IMG/VR virus record: IMGVR_UViG_3300046779_000072
Location: 1 to 30,250 of that record
Length of the DNA stretch: 30,250 bases
Strand: one strand, 5' to 3'
DNA from: a virus
Lineage: Duplodnaviria > Caudoviricetes
This document shows, piece after piece, positions 9,021-18,024 of this stretch. The notes under the pieces were generated by a model. The model was not told the DNA's origin. It saw nothing but the letters and a program-made list of their open reading frames with translations, and searched no databases. Every line of letters starts with the position of its first letter. Position 1 is the stretch's first letter. A program made the translations under genes and the position numbers.

Positions 9021-9611
9021 ATGGATGACGTATGCGGACCATTTACGCTAGAAGGACTCGATCAGTTCGGCACGCTAGATAGTCTCGCATTCTCGCTTGA
9101 TAGTGCAGTATGGGAATCAGCCAATACCTGCATACTAGAATTTAGCTCAAGTATCACAGGCACAGCACAAGCTGTTGCTAACGCATACCGTATATTGGCA
9201 GGTGCAGGAAGTATTAGCGGCAGCGCTACAGTCTCCGGCACTCCTATCCGTATACGAATGGCTGACGCAAGTGTATCGGGTGACGCTACGGTATCAGGCG
9301 ATGCAATCCGTATCCGATTGGCTACAGCCTCAGTTACGGGCATCGGTTCGGTAACTTGCTTAGGCGGCGTTGAATACGAGAGCGGCGGCACAGCAAATGG
9401 CATTGCAAGCGCCTATGCAGCCGCAGGAGCGATCCGTAGCGCAAGCATGAGTATTACCGTGTTCGGTACGGTTGTGTGCGTTGGAGAGCGTTTAGGCGAG
9501 AATTGGACGGACGAGACTTTCGGGTCTAACACATGGACAGATATACCAGCGGGGTCTAATACATGGACTCCTGTGGCTCAGGGGAATAATACATGGCAGA
9601 GAGTAGGATAA
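9021..9611 (+). CDS. Repeat-built virion protein (N-terminal motif, 6 x 20-aa repeats, 4 Trp repeats)
   Basis: 196-aa ORF in the tail module; periodicity is visible in the translation. Confidence 0.75.
   Translation: MDDVCGPFTLEGLDQFGTLDSLAFSLDSAVWESANTCILEFSSSITGTAQAVANAYRILAGAGSISGSATVSGTPIRIRMADASVSGDATVSGDAIRIRLATASVTGIGSVTCLGGVEYESGGTANGIASAYAAAGAIRSASMSITVFGTVVCVGERLGENWTDETFGSNTWTDIPAGSNTWTPVAQGNNTWQRVG
9141..9500 (+). repeat. Six degenerate 20-aa (60-bp) coding repeats
   Basis: FSSSITGTAQAVANAYRILA / GAGSISGSATVSGTPIRIRM / ADASVSGDATVSGDAIRIRL / ATASVTGIGSVTCLGGVEYE / SGGTANGIASAYAAAGAIRS / ASMSITVFGTVVCVGERLGE. Units 2 and 3 are clearly alike; the outer units are degenerate. Confidence 0.7.
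9501..9608 (+). repeat. 10-aa (30-bp) Trp repeats
   Basis: NWTDETFGSN TWTDIPAGSN TWTPVAQGNN TWQRVG. DNA units ggtctaacacatggac, ggtctaatacatggac and ggaataatacatggca recur at 30-bp spacing. Confidence 0.85.
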
Positions 9612-11020
9612 ATCTAGGCGAATGGATGCCGGATCAGCCTGGCTTGGCTGGCGCTCTTACGGAAGCCAAGAACGTAATCCCTATGGGAATTGGTTACGGT
9701 CCATTCACCTCAGAGGTTAACTTATCGCAAGACGCATCCCAAAACATCCTAACGGTGTTTGCGGGTAAGTTTGCGGGTACGACTACGCTATTTGGCGCAG
9801 GTGCAACAAAGATATTTAAGTTTGACTCAACAGACGCAACAATGGACGATGTGTCCCGTACCGCTAGTGCGTACACAAGTACGGATCGGTGGTCTTACAC
9901 ACAGTTTGGTCGGGTAATTATTGCGGCAAACGGTACAAACGTCTTGCAGGGTTGGACGCTTAACTCGTCTGCTAACTTTGCTGACTTGTCCGCATCTGCT
10001 CCGGCTGCGTCTTTCGTAACGGTTGTGCGTGACTTTGTGGTGGCGGCTAAGACTGCCTCCAATGCTAACCGTGTGTTGTGGTCTGATATTAACGATGAGA
10101 CGGATTGGGTATCCGGTACCACCTCTCAATCGGATTATCAGGACATACCGGACGGTGGGGATATCCAAGGCGTGCGTGGTGGTGAGTTCGGGCTAGTGTT
10201 CCTAGAGCGAGCTATTGTGCGTATGTCTTACATTGGCGCACCTTTGTTCTTTCAGTTTGACACTATCTCACGCAACTTGGGGTGTTATGAGTCACGGTCA
10301 ATTGTGCAGTTCGGACCGACCTCATACTTCCTTGCGGACGATGGATTCTATGCTTGTGACGGGCAGAATGTAATACCTATTGGCGCTGAGAAAGTAGACC
10401 GATTCTTCTTTTCAGACGCTAACCCGTCACTTATTAACCAAATGTCTAGCGCTGTTGACCCGATTAACAGCTTAGTTATCTGGTGCTATACAAACGTATT
10501 CGGCTCTAAGTCCTTGCTGATCTATAACTGGCAAACCAAGAAATGGACGCACGCAGACACAAGCGCAGACTATATCGCTACGGCTGCTAGTGCCACGATT
10601 ACCTTGGAAGGCTTGGACGCATACGGCACGATGGATAGCCTAAGCACGAGCTTGGATTCTCGCCTATGGGCGGGTGGTAAAGTCCTATTGGCAGGTGCGG
10701 ATGGGGCTAAAATTATCACTTATACGGGTCAGCCTAAAACGGCAGATATTGAGACCGGAGACTTCCAAGCAGGTCCGCAGTCTATCGTTAAGTTAGCCCG
10801 TCCGCAGGTGGACAATGGTTCGGCAGAGGTAGCTGTGTTCTCTCGTAACAGGCTAGATACCGAGGTAATCTTTGGCGCTACCACAGCGGCAAGCACAGAG
10901 AACCGTGTGCCGCTAAGGTCTACAGGCGCATACCATAGGCTCAAACTTGTGCCGACAGGTGTATCTTGGACTCATGCGGTAGCGATTGATGTAGACATTA
11001 CCCCAATAGGCAATCGATAA
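9593..11020 (+). CDS. Tail nozzle / DNA-stabilisation protein (P22 gp10 / tail tubular B position)
   Basis: 475-aa beta-rich protein with GEW.PDQP, NRV.WSDI.D...W, GC...SIV and YFL.DDGFY motifs. Size and synteny fit a beta-propeller nozzle. Confidence 0.75.
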   Translation: MAESRINLGEWMPDQPGLAGALTEAKNVIPMGIGYGPFTSEVNLSQDASQNILTVFAGKFAGTTTLFGAGATKIFKFDSTDATMDDVSRTASAYTSTDRWSYTQFGRVIIAANGTNVLQGWTLNSSANFADLSASAPAASFVTVVRDFVVAAKTASNANRVLWSDINDETDWVSGTTSQSDYQDIPDGGDIQGVRGGEFGLVFLERAIVRMSYIGAPLFFQFDTISRNLGCYESRSIVQFGPTSYFLADDGFYACDGQNVIPIGAEKVDRFFFSDANPSLINQMSSAVDPINSLVIWCYTNVFGSKSLLIYNWQTKKWTHADTSADYIATAASATITLEGLDAYGTMDSLSTSLDSRLWAGGKVLLAGADGAKIITYTGQPKTADIETGDFQAGPQSIVKLARPQVDNGSAEVAVFSRNRLDTEVIFGATTAASTENRVPLRSTGAYHRLKLVPTGVSWTHAVAIDVDITPIGNR

Positions 11021-11802
11021 TGTTTAGAGTTTTACCTCCGTTTGGTGGCGATCCACGAGCTACGGCTGAGATTGTCAACGGCATTATGAACGGTAAGACG
11101 AATAACACGGGATTGGTAACTCTAGCTACAGGCAATGCCACTACAACCACTATAAATGACGCTAGAATCGGCGCAGACAGCTTAATTATCCTAGTTCCGG
11201 TATCTGCTGCTGCTGAGGCTGATACAGCGCCATATGGGGCGTTTAGTAGCTCTCTAGACCAACTTGCCGCATCTACTGGAAGTACCTATGTTGTTGAGTT
11301 CACCTCTACAGATTCTAGTAGCGGTGTATACCTGTCTAACAGCAGTAGGTTAAATGTCCGGAATTACGGTATTTATAACGTACAGTTTTCCTTACAGTTA
11401 GCCAATACTACAAACGATGCTCAGTACGCAGATGTGTGGTTTCGTAAAAACGGTACGGATGTTGCTAACTCGGCTAGTAGATTTGGTTTGCCAGCACGCA
11501 AGAGCACAGGTGATCCTAGCCATGTAATTGGTAGCGTTAACTTTTTTATTGAGTTAAACGCAGGTGATTACATACAGATAGCCGGAGCTGTGTCGGATGT
11601 AGGCGTATCGCTTGAGCATTATGCTGCCGACACGGGTTTGCCTAGACCTGCAATCCCATCTGTTATTACCACGGTGCAATATATCGCTCCTGCTGCGTCA
11701 TCAAATGTATACGTTTCATCACAAACGAATGGAAGTGCAACGCTTACGCATTTCTCCAACAGTACGGCAGATAAAACCTACGGATATGTGGTTATCGGAT
11801 GA
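11020..11802 (+). CDS. Tail-associated structural protein with internal C1q/TNF-like beta-sandwich
   Basis: TAATG-coupled. Central YGAF...G.YNVQFSLQ...VWFRKNG...L.AGDYIQI pattern. Confidence 0.65.
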   Translation: MFRVLPPFGGDPRATAEIVNGIMNGKTNNTGLVTLATGNATTTTINDARIGADSLIILVPVSAAAEADTAPYGAFSSSLDQLAASTGSTYVVEFTSTDSSSGVYLSNSSRLNVRNYGIYNVQFSLQLANTTNDAQYADVWFRKNGTDVANSASRFGLPARKSTGDPSHVIGSVNFFIELNAGDYIQIAGAVSDVGVSLEHYAADTGLPRPAIPSVITTVQYIAPAASSNVYVSSQTNGSATLTHFSNSTADKTYGYVVIG

Positions 11803-12197
11803 GATATGAATACGTCACGCAGCCCTCGCTCAAACAGCATTGGGACTTTATTAAGTTTGGACTCAACAAAATCTTACGGAAGTCACCGGAGGATTGGATA
11901 CCGGAAGACGTATATGCCAAAGCGATATATCAGCAAGCGCATATATGGTTGGTTAAGTCGGAAAATGGAAACTCTGACGGTTTCTTTATCCTTGAGCCAA
12001 ATGGAGATACTTGCCATGTTTGGTGCGCTTGGGCTGTTGAAGCTGATTTATTGGTAGACGGTGTTGAGCAGATAGAAAAGATTGCAAGAGAAACCGGAGC
12101 TAAACGTATCACTTTTGATACGAATCGAGCCGGATGGTCAAGAGTAGCTAACAAATTAGGATTTATGCCCCGTACATGGGTTAAGGAGTTGAAATGA
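11799..12197 (+). CDS. GNAT-fold-like virion assembly protein (P22 gp14 / T7 gp13 position)
   Basis: 132 aa with HVWCAW, A+..GA+.I.F...R.GW and LGF motifs. Directly precedes the ejection-type genes. Confidence 0.6.
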   Translation: MRYEYVTQPSLKQHWDFIKFGLNKILRKSPEDWIPEDVYAKAIYQQAHIWLVKSENGNSDGFFILEPNGDTCHVWCAWAVEADLLVDGVEQIEKIARETGAKRITFDTNRAGWSRVANKLGFMPRTWVKELK

Positions 12198-13129
12198 GTG
12201 GTTCAAGCACACCTAGCACACAGGTAGTCACGCAGCAGATTGATCCGTCTATGCAGCCGTATATTAGCTACGGTTTGCAAGAGGCACAGAAGCTATACCA
12301 AAACCCTAGCGTGCCTGGTTATTACCCAGGTCAGGGATATGTATCGCCTACCGAGTCTACGCAACAGGCTCTACAGTTCGGCGCTAACCGTGCCGTACTT
12401 GGCAATCCGTTGTTGCCACAAGCGCAGCAGACTGTTAGCGGTATGCAGAATACTTTTAACCCTGCTATCCAACAGATGCAAGCTACGGCAGGTGGAGAAT
12501 ACCTGTCAGGCAACCCATTCTTTAGCGGTGCGTTTGATGCAGCGGCTCGTGCGGCAGGTAGCACATTCCAAGACCAAATGCAGCAAGTGGCTTCCAATGC
12601 AAGCCGAGCAGGTCGTTATGGCTCAGGCGCAATGGGTCAGTTACAAGACCGTGCAGCAGGTACATTTGCCACGGCATTGACCGATACGGCAGGTAAACTA
12701 GCCTATCAGAATTACGATGCTGAACGGGCACGCCAAGAGGCTGCAATGGGCAACATCGGTAACTTATACGGTGCTGATTATGCTCGCCAATTGCAAGCCG
12801 CACAAATGGCTCCAACACTTGCTCAAGCTGATTACGCAGATATTGATAAACTGTACCAAGTTGGTCAGGCTCAAGAAAGCTATCAGCAAGCAGCTCTTGC
12901 AGACGCTATGCAGCGTTACAACTTCCAACAAAATCTACCCGCAGCCAAGTTACAGAGCTTCCTATCGGCGGCTTATGGCGCTCCTATGGGTCAGCAAACT
13001 ACACAGCCTATCTATCGTAACCAAGCTGCAAACGTGCTTGGCGGTGCTTCGTTGGGTGCGGCATTGGGTGGCGGTCCACTAGGCGCAGGTATCGGCGCAG
13101 GTGCTGGATTACTTGGACTCTTGGGGTAA
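12194..13129 (+). CDS. DNA ejection / internal virion protein (P22 gp7-like position)
   Basis: AAGGAG SD, Ser/Thr-rich N-terminus, Gln/Ala-rich helices and a Gly-zipper hydrophobic C-terminus (GGASLGAALGGGPLGAGIGAGAGLLGLLG). Confidence 0.7.
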   Translation: MSGSSTPSTQVVTQQIDPSMQPYISYGLQEAQKLYQNPSVPGYYPGQGYVSPTESTQQALQFGANRAVLGNPLLPQAQQTVSGMQNTFNPAIQQMQATAGGEYLSGNPFFSGAFDAAARAAGSTFQDQMQQVASNASRAGRYGSGAMGQLQDRAAGTFATALTDTAGKLAYQNYDAERARQEAAMGNIGNLYGADYARQLQAAQMAPTLAQADYADIDKLYQVGQAQESYQQAALADAMQRYNFQQNLPAAKLQSFLSAAYGAPMGQQTTQPIYRNQAANVLGGASLGAALGGGPLGAGIGAGAGLLGLLG

Positions 13130-13132
13130 ATC

Positions 13133-13414
13133 ATGTCAGGAATGTTCACTCCAGAAGGTACGGTAGACGCATCTAAACTCGAGAATATGACTCAAGAAGA
13201 TGTAATGAAAATGATCGCAGCACAACGGGCACAACAGACTCAAAGCGGGATGATGCAACAGGCTATGCAGATGCAAAACCAAAAGATGCAAGGTCAAGCA
13301 CCCGCACCGCAAGTTAGGCGTGGTCAAGCACCACAGATTATGTCTCCGTATGAGGAGCTTATGAAACTACAGCAGATGCAAGCAATGCGTCAGCGTCCAC
13401 AATCTTTACTCTGA
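13133..13414 (+). CDS. Gln/Met-rich small protein in the ejection module
   Basis: 93-aa low-complexity ORF that fills the gap between its neighbours exactly. Confidence 0.7.
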   Translation: MSGMFTPEGTVDASKLENMTQEDVMKMIAAQRAQQTQSGMMQQAMQMQNQKMQGQAPAPQVRRGQAPQIMSPYEELMKLQQMQAMRQRPQSLL

Positions 13415-13421
13415 GGTAGAC

Positions 13422-14495
13422 ATGGCAGATTTTATTAGCGGATTGCTTGGCATGGGGGACGATCAAGACCCTATGGCTCGAGCACAACAAGCCGGATTGC
13501 TAGGACTTGGTGCAACATTGTTGCAAGGTGGTGCTCCATCTCTTACGCCTACATCTTTGGGTAGTGTGTTAGGTCAAGGCTTGATGGCAGGTCAGCAAGC
13601 ATCACAACAGGCTTTACAGCAAGCACGCCAACAGGCTATCCAACAGGAAATGATGGGTACGATGAGTGGTGGCGCTACAGGCGGTCAAGGCGGTGATACG
13701 CAAGCTCAGATTGCTAAATTGCAAAAGATGGCATTGCTTGATCCTAAAAACCAAGCGGCTTATCTTAAGATTGCTGAACAGTTGCAGGGCAAAGCACCTA
13801 TGTTTACAGGTGAGTTGGCTAACGCGGCGCTTAACTTGTTTGGTACGGCAGATGTATCTAAGTTAAGCCCTGAACAACGCCAACAAGCAAACGATTTTGC
13901 TATTAGACAGAAATTAGCTGTTGCACAAGCAGGAGCACCAAGCGTAAGCGTTAAGTACGGTCAGACATTTGGTCAGACATTGGCAACGCAACAGGTGCAA
14001 GACTTGGCAGATAGCTATAAGTCTGCTCAGGGCGCTGTCGGTACATTGCAGACTGTTAGCGACATTAAGCCATTGCTTGATAACGTGATTGCAGGACCAG
14101 GTGCTAACGTACAAATTCTGCTAGGTCAGATTGGACAAAAGCTAGGTGTTGGCGGCTCAAACAATACTCAGGTATTGCAAAACACGGCAGTAGCCATGCA
14201 AAACCTAGCTCAATTAGAGCTTGATGCTGCAAGTCAGATGCGTGGACAAGGTGCTTTGACTGAAGGCGAGCGTGGGATTCTGCGTAAGGCATCAGGTGGT
14301 GATATTACTAAGTTTACCGCTCCTGAAGTTAGTGCGCTTATCAACACCTTGGACAAGCGTGCAAAAGTCCGTATTCAATCGCATAACGCTAAAGTTGATA
14401 TGCTTTCTAATATGCAGCCAGATGCGGCTACACAATTGGGCGCAATGCGTGTTAATCCTATCCCTGCCGGAGTTATCGTCCGTCCAGTACCTTAA
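13422..14495 (+). CDS. Putative DNA ejection protein (gp20-like position)
   Basis: GAGGT SD, N-terminal GLLG repeats, Gln/Ala helical composition and G..TE.ER motif. Confidence 0.65.
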   Translation: MADFISGLLGMGDDQDPMARAQQAGLLGLGATLLQGGAPSLTPTSLGSVLGQGLMAGQQASQQALQQARQQAIQQEMMGTMSGGATGGQGGDTQAQIAKLQKMALLDPKNQAAYLKIAEQLQGKAPMFTGELANAALNLFGTADVSKLSPEQRQQANDFAIRQKLAVAQAGAPSVSVKYGQTFGQTLATQQVQDLADSYKSAQGAVGTLQTVSDIKPLLDNVIAGPGANVQILLGQIGQKLGVGGSNNTQVLQNTAVAMQNLAQLELDAASQMRGQGALTEGERGILRKASGGDITKFTAPEVSALINTLDKRAKVRIQSHNAKVDMLSNMQPDAATQLGAMRVNPIPAGVIVRPVP

Positions 14496-14501
14496 AGGAT
14501 A

Positions 14502-16316
14502 ATGATGAGCAAATTCAGTATTCAATTAACGCCTGATTCAGAGCCAATTATCGTAGAGGCTGCGGATCAATATGCAGCTTACGAAAAAGCGCTACAACAG
14601 ACTCGCCAAGCACAAACAGCTACGGCTGCGGCTGTGCCTGAAACAACAATTGCACAAGACTTAATAACAGGCGCACAAAAGCGTCTTCGCCAAGCAGGAG
14701 AAGGTGTACAGGGTACGCTTATGTCTGCACAAGGCGCTCTTGGCATGATTCCACAAGAGGATGTGCGTAAGTTTCAGGAAGGCGTGCAGTTCAACCGCTC
14801 AGTATTTAGTCCTGAGTACGGTAAAAACGAGCCAAAATCAATTTCTGAGTACGTTGGTGGCGCAGGACTTGATATTCTTGGAATGGTAGGTGCAGGTGGC
14901 GCATTGCGTGGCGCAGGATCGGCTATTGGTGCAGTAGCGCCTAAAGTTGGTAGCGCATTGCAGTACGCAGGTCAGTCTATCATGGCTCCTAAAACAGTCC
15001 CACAAGCGGCTTTAGGCGGTGCGGCATTAGCACAGACATATCCATACGCAAGTGAGGCAGAGCGTGCCGTAGGAACAGGCTCATCGGCTCTAATTAGCGG
15101 TGTTGCACAGCCATTATTGCGTGCTGTAGGTTTAGCTCCTCCAAAAGAGACTCAATTAACGGCTCAACAAGCTGAATCGGCAAAGCGTGGTATTGAGGCA
15201 GGTATGCAATACAGCCCTGCTCAAATGACAGGAAGCCGCACAGGTAGGATGCTTGAGGAAGGTTTGAAAGCCATGCCGTTATCAGGCGGTCCATTTGCTG
15301 AATTAGCTCGTGCAAACCAAAATGTAGTGAATGAAGTAGCGGCAAAGGCTGTTGGATTGCCTAGTGGCACAGAGATTACTCCGGCTGTTATGAAGTCTGC
15401 GTATGACGATGCGTTTAAAAACTATAGCGCATTGACTCAAGTGCCAAAAACTACGCTAGATGTTGATTTTCGCAATTCAATGGACAAGATTCTGTACGAA
15501 TTAGGAAAGTTGCCAACATCGCAACGTGGCGAAGATGTAAACAAGGCTATCAAGATTATTCAGGAATACAAAGGATTCACTAATAAGCCTATAGATGGCG
15601 ACACAATGTATCAAGGCTTAAAAGCTATTTCTGATAACTTGTTTCAAGCAAGCAAAGAAGGCAAGATTACTACAGGCGCATACAGTCAATTACGGTCTGA
15701 GTTTGAAAACGCTATCGAGCGCAAATTACAGTCCGGTAATTTAAACGTAGCTCCTGACGTTTTGGATCAATTCAAAAGCGGTCGTTCTACATTAGCTAAT
15801 TGGTTTACTGTAGACAAAGCTCTTGATCCGAATACAGGCTTAGTAAGCGGTCCTAAACTAGCTACAGCATTGGCTCGTAAATCTGATTACGGTATGCGTG
15901 GCACAGAAATGGAAGCCGCTGCTATGGGTTCTAAGGCTGTACCTAATGTACTTCCATCTAGCGGAACAACAGAGCGTGCAGAGGCTACAGGACTTATTAA
16001 AAAGGTCGCAGGGCTTCCGGCTATGCTTGGCGGTGGTGCAACAGGCGCAATTACACAAGACCCGTATATGGCTGCGTTAGGTGCGGCTGCGGCTGAGGGA
16101 ATCCCTTATCTTGCATCCAAAGCGCTTACATCTGAGCCAGTACGTTCGATTGTTGCTCGCAGACAATTAGGTGCTGTATCTCCGGATGAAGGCTTGCTTG
16201 CAAAGGCTTTTAGGGGATTAGAAGAGAATATACCCGCAGATATTCGGGCGCAATTTGGTAACGTACCTCGCTCCGTTTTAGAGCGCATGATGATTAAAGG
16301 CTTGTTAGGGGAATAA
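14502..16316 (+). CDS. Putative DNA ejection protein (gp16-like position)
   Basis: 604-aa Ala/Gly-rich helical protein with hydrophobic Gly stretches and a P.SGT.ER motif. Last gene before the fibres. Confidence 0.65.
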   Translation: MMSKFSIQLTPDSEPIIVEAADQYAAYEKALQQTRQAQTATAAAVPETTIAQDLITGAQKRLRQAGEGVQGTLMSAQGALGMIPQEDVRKFQEGVQFNRSVFSPEYGKNEPKSISEYVGGAGLDILGMVGAGGALRGAGSAIGAVAPKVGSALQYAGQSIMAPKTVPQAALGGAALAQTYPYASEAERAVGTGSSALISGVAQPLLRAVGLAPPKETQLTAQQAESAKRGIEAGMQYSPAQMTGSRTGRMLEEGLKAMPLSGGPFAELARANQNVVNEVAAKAVGLPSGTEITPAVMKSAYDDAFKNYSALTQVPKTTLDVDFRNSMDKILYELGKLPTSQRGEDVNKAIKIIQEYKGFTNKPIDGDTMYQGLKAISDNLFQASKEGKITTGAYSQLRSEFENAIERKLQSGNLNVAPDVLDQFKSGRSTLANWFTVDKALDPNTGLVSGPKLATALARKSDYGMRGTEMEAAAMGSKAVPNVLPSSGTTERAEATGLIKKVAGLPAMLGGGATGAITQDPYMAALGAAAAEGIPYLASKALTSEPVRSIVARRQLGAVSPDEGLLAKAFRGLEENIPADIRAQFGNVPRSVLERMMIKGLLGE

Positions 16317-16319
16317 TAA

Positions 16320-17405
16320 ATGGCACGCACAAAAATTTCAGAATTCAGCGCAACACCAGGCGATAACACCGACATTGACGGTATCGATATTGCAGAAGGC
16401 TGCGCTCCTAGTGGTATTAACAATGCTATCCGTGAGCTTATGGCTCAACTTAAGGATATGCAGACGGGAGCATCGGGCGATACATTTACGCTCACTACCG
16501 TTAACTCCACAACAATGGACACTACAAACCTAGAGGTAACTAACCTCAAGGCTAAAGACGGTACTTCCGCAGGTTCTATTGCCAACTCTACGGGTGTTGT
16601 AACCCTAGCATCTACTGTTCTGACCACAACAGATATTAACGGTGGCACGGTAGACGGTACAGTTATCGGTGGATCATCTGCCGCTGCTGGTACGTTTACA
16701 AGTATTAACGGTACTAGCGGAGTAATATCTGCCAATTCATCTGGAAACGCTTTTCGCATCACTCAAGTAGGAACAGGTAATGCTTTAGTTGTTGAGGATA
16801 GTGCCAATCCTGATTCCACTCCGACAGTAATTGACGCAAATGGTAATGTTGGCATAGGCACTAATACCCCAAGTACCCCGCTTCACCTAGCAGATTTAGC
16901 GGGGAAAATTCGTATTGGTATAGACGGAGGCGCTCAGTACACAGACATATATCGAGATAACTCAACTGGATATACTGTTTATAACGCAGCGCAATCATCT
17001 CCATTTAGAGCGCATGTATTCCAAGTTGGTGGGACAGAGTCAATGCGAATAGCTGAATCTGCTCGCATTGTTGTAACAAAAAGTTCAATAGGTACACCAA
17101 CAGCACTTACTAGCTCTTCAGGATCTATTGCTGTAGACATGGCTGCTGCTAACAACTTTACGCACACGTTTACAGAAAATACTACACTTGCTAATCCTAC
17201 TAACCTAACTGCCGGACAGTCAGGGATTATTGTGTTTACGCAGCACGCTAGTTCTCCTAAGACATTAGCATTTGGCTCGTATTGGAAGTTTTCTCAAGGC
17301 ACGACCCCGACTGTAACAGCTAGCAATAGTGCGGTAGACGTTTTGGCATATTATGTAGAAAGTTCAACTAGAATTACTGCAAGATTGGTAACGGACGTTA
17401 AATAA
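16320..17405 (+). CDS. Tail fibre protein (proximal / anchor)
   Basis: N-terminal anchor KISEFS.T...N.DI.GI.IAEGCAPS.INNAIRELMA, INGG.VDGT.IG and GNVGIGT.TP fibre motifs, and a C-terminal LANPTN..AGQSG...WKF domain. Confidence 0.8.
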   Translation: MARTKISEFSATPGDNTDIDGIDIAEGCAPSGINNAIRELMAQLKDMQTGASGDTFTLTTVNSTTMDTTNLEVTNLKAKDGTSAGSIANSTGVVTLASTVLTTTDINGGTVDGTVIGGSSAAAGTFTSINGTSGVISANSSGNAFRITQVGTGNALVVEDSANPDSTPTVIDANGNVGIGTNTPSTPLHLADLAGKIRIGIDGGAQYTDIYRDNSTGYTVYNAAQSSPFRAHVFQVGGTESMRIAESARIVVTKSSIGTPTALTSSSGSIAVDMAAANNFTHTFTENTTLANPTNLTAGQSGIIVFTQHASSPKTLAFGSYWKFSQGTTPTVTASNSAVDVLAYYVESSTRITARLVTDVK

Positions 17406-18022
17406 TGACCAAAATGATTGATATTACCGATAAAAGGTTTGGCAAATTAACTGTCAAATCTTTTGTTGGAATTGTCGGAAATAACCCGCATAACAAATGG
17501 CTATGCCAATGTGATTGCGGTAATGAGATAATTGTATCTGGCGCAAATCTAAGGTCTGGTGTAACAAAGTCTTGCAATTGTTTGCAAAAAGAAAGCGCAT
17601 CAATTGCAAACAAAAAGCACGGCGCAAGTATTGTTGAAACAAAAGAATATAGGGCTTGGCTTGGTTTAAGAAAAAGATGTAACAATAAAAATTCTTTTGA
17701 TTATCCACAATACGGTGGGCGTGGCATTACAGTTTGTGAAAGATGGGATTCTTTTGAAAACTTTTTAAGCGATATGGGACGTGCGCCTGAAGGTTGTTCA
17801 ATAGATAGAATTGATGTAAACAAAGGATACAGTCCGGAAAATTGCAGGTGGGCTGACGCAATTACTCAGGCTAGGAACAAAACAAACAATCGGTTTTTAT
17901 CAGCTAACGGGATGATTAAAACTCTTGCTGAATGGGCTGAATTGTCTGGCACAAGCAGAAATAACATTCATAAAAGAATTGTTAGAGGCTGGTCAACTGA
18001 ACAAGCAATTTTTGGGAAATAA
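17405..18022 (+). CDS. Free-standing HNH-type homing endonuclease
   Basis: RFGKLTV, WLCQCDCG, TKSC.C, YGGRGI.VC.RW..FENF..DMG and IDRID...GY.P.NCRW motifs. Visibly AT-richer than its flanks. Confidence 0.85.
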   Translation: MTKMIDITDKRFGKLTVKSFVGIVGNNPHNKWLCQCDCGNEIIVSGANLRSGVTKSCNCLQKESASIANKKHGASIVETKEYRAWLGLRKRCNNKNSFDYPQYGGRGITVCERWDSFENFLSDMGRAPEGCSIDRIDVNKGYSPENCRWADAITQARNKTNNRFLSANGMIKTLAEWAELSGTSRNNIHKRIVRGWSTEQAIFGK

Positions 18023-18024
18023 TT

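Noticed and set aside
9501-9608. 30-bp periodic repeats as a mini CRISPR array
   Set aside because: They are in-frame coding repeats, the unit is too short for repeat plus spacer, and no cas genes are present.
17405-18022. Group I intron or intein hosting the HNH gene
   Set aside because: Both flanking genes have their own stop and start codons, and there is no non-coding space for a ribozyme core.
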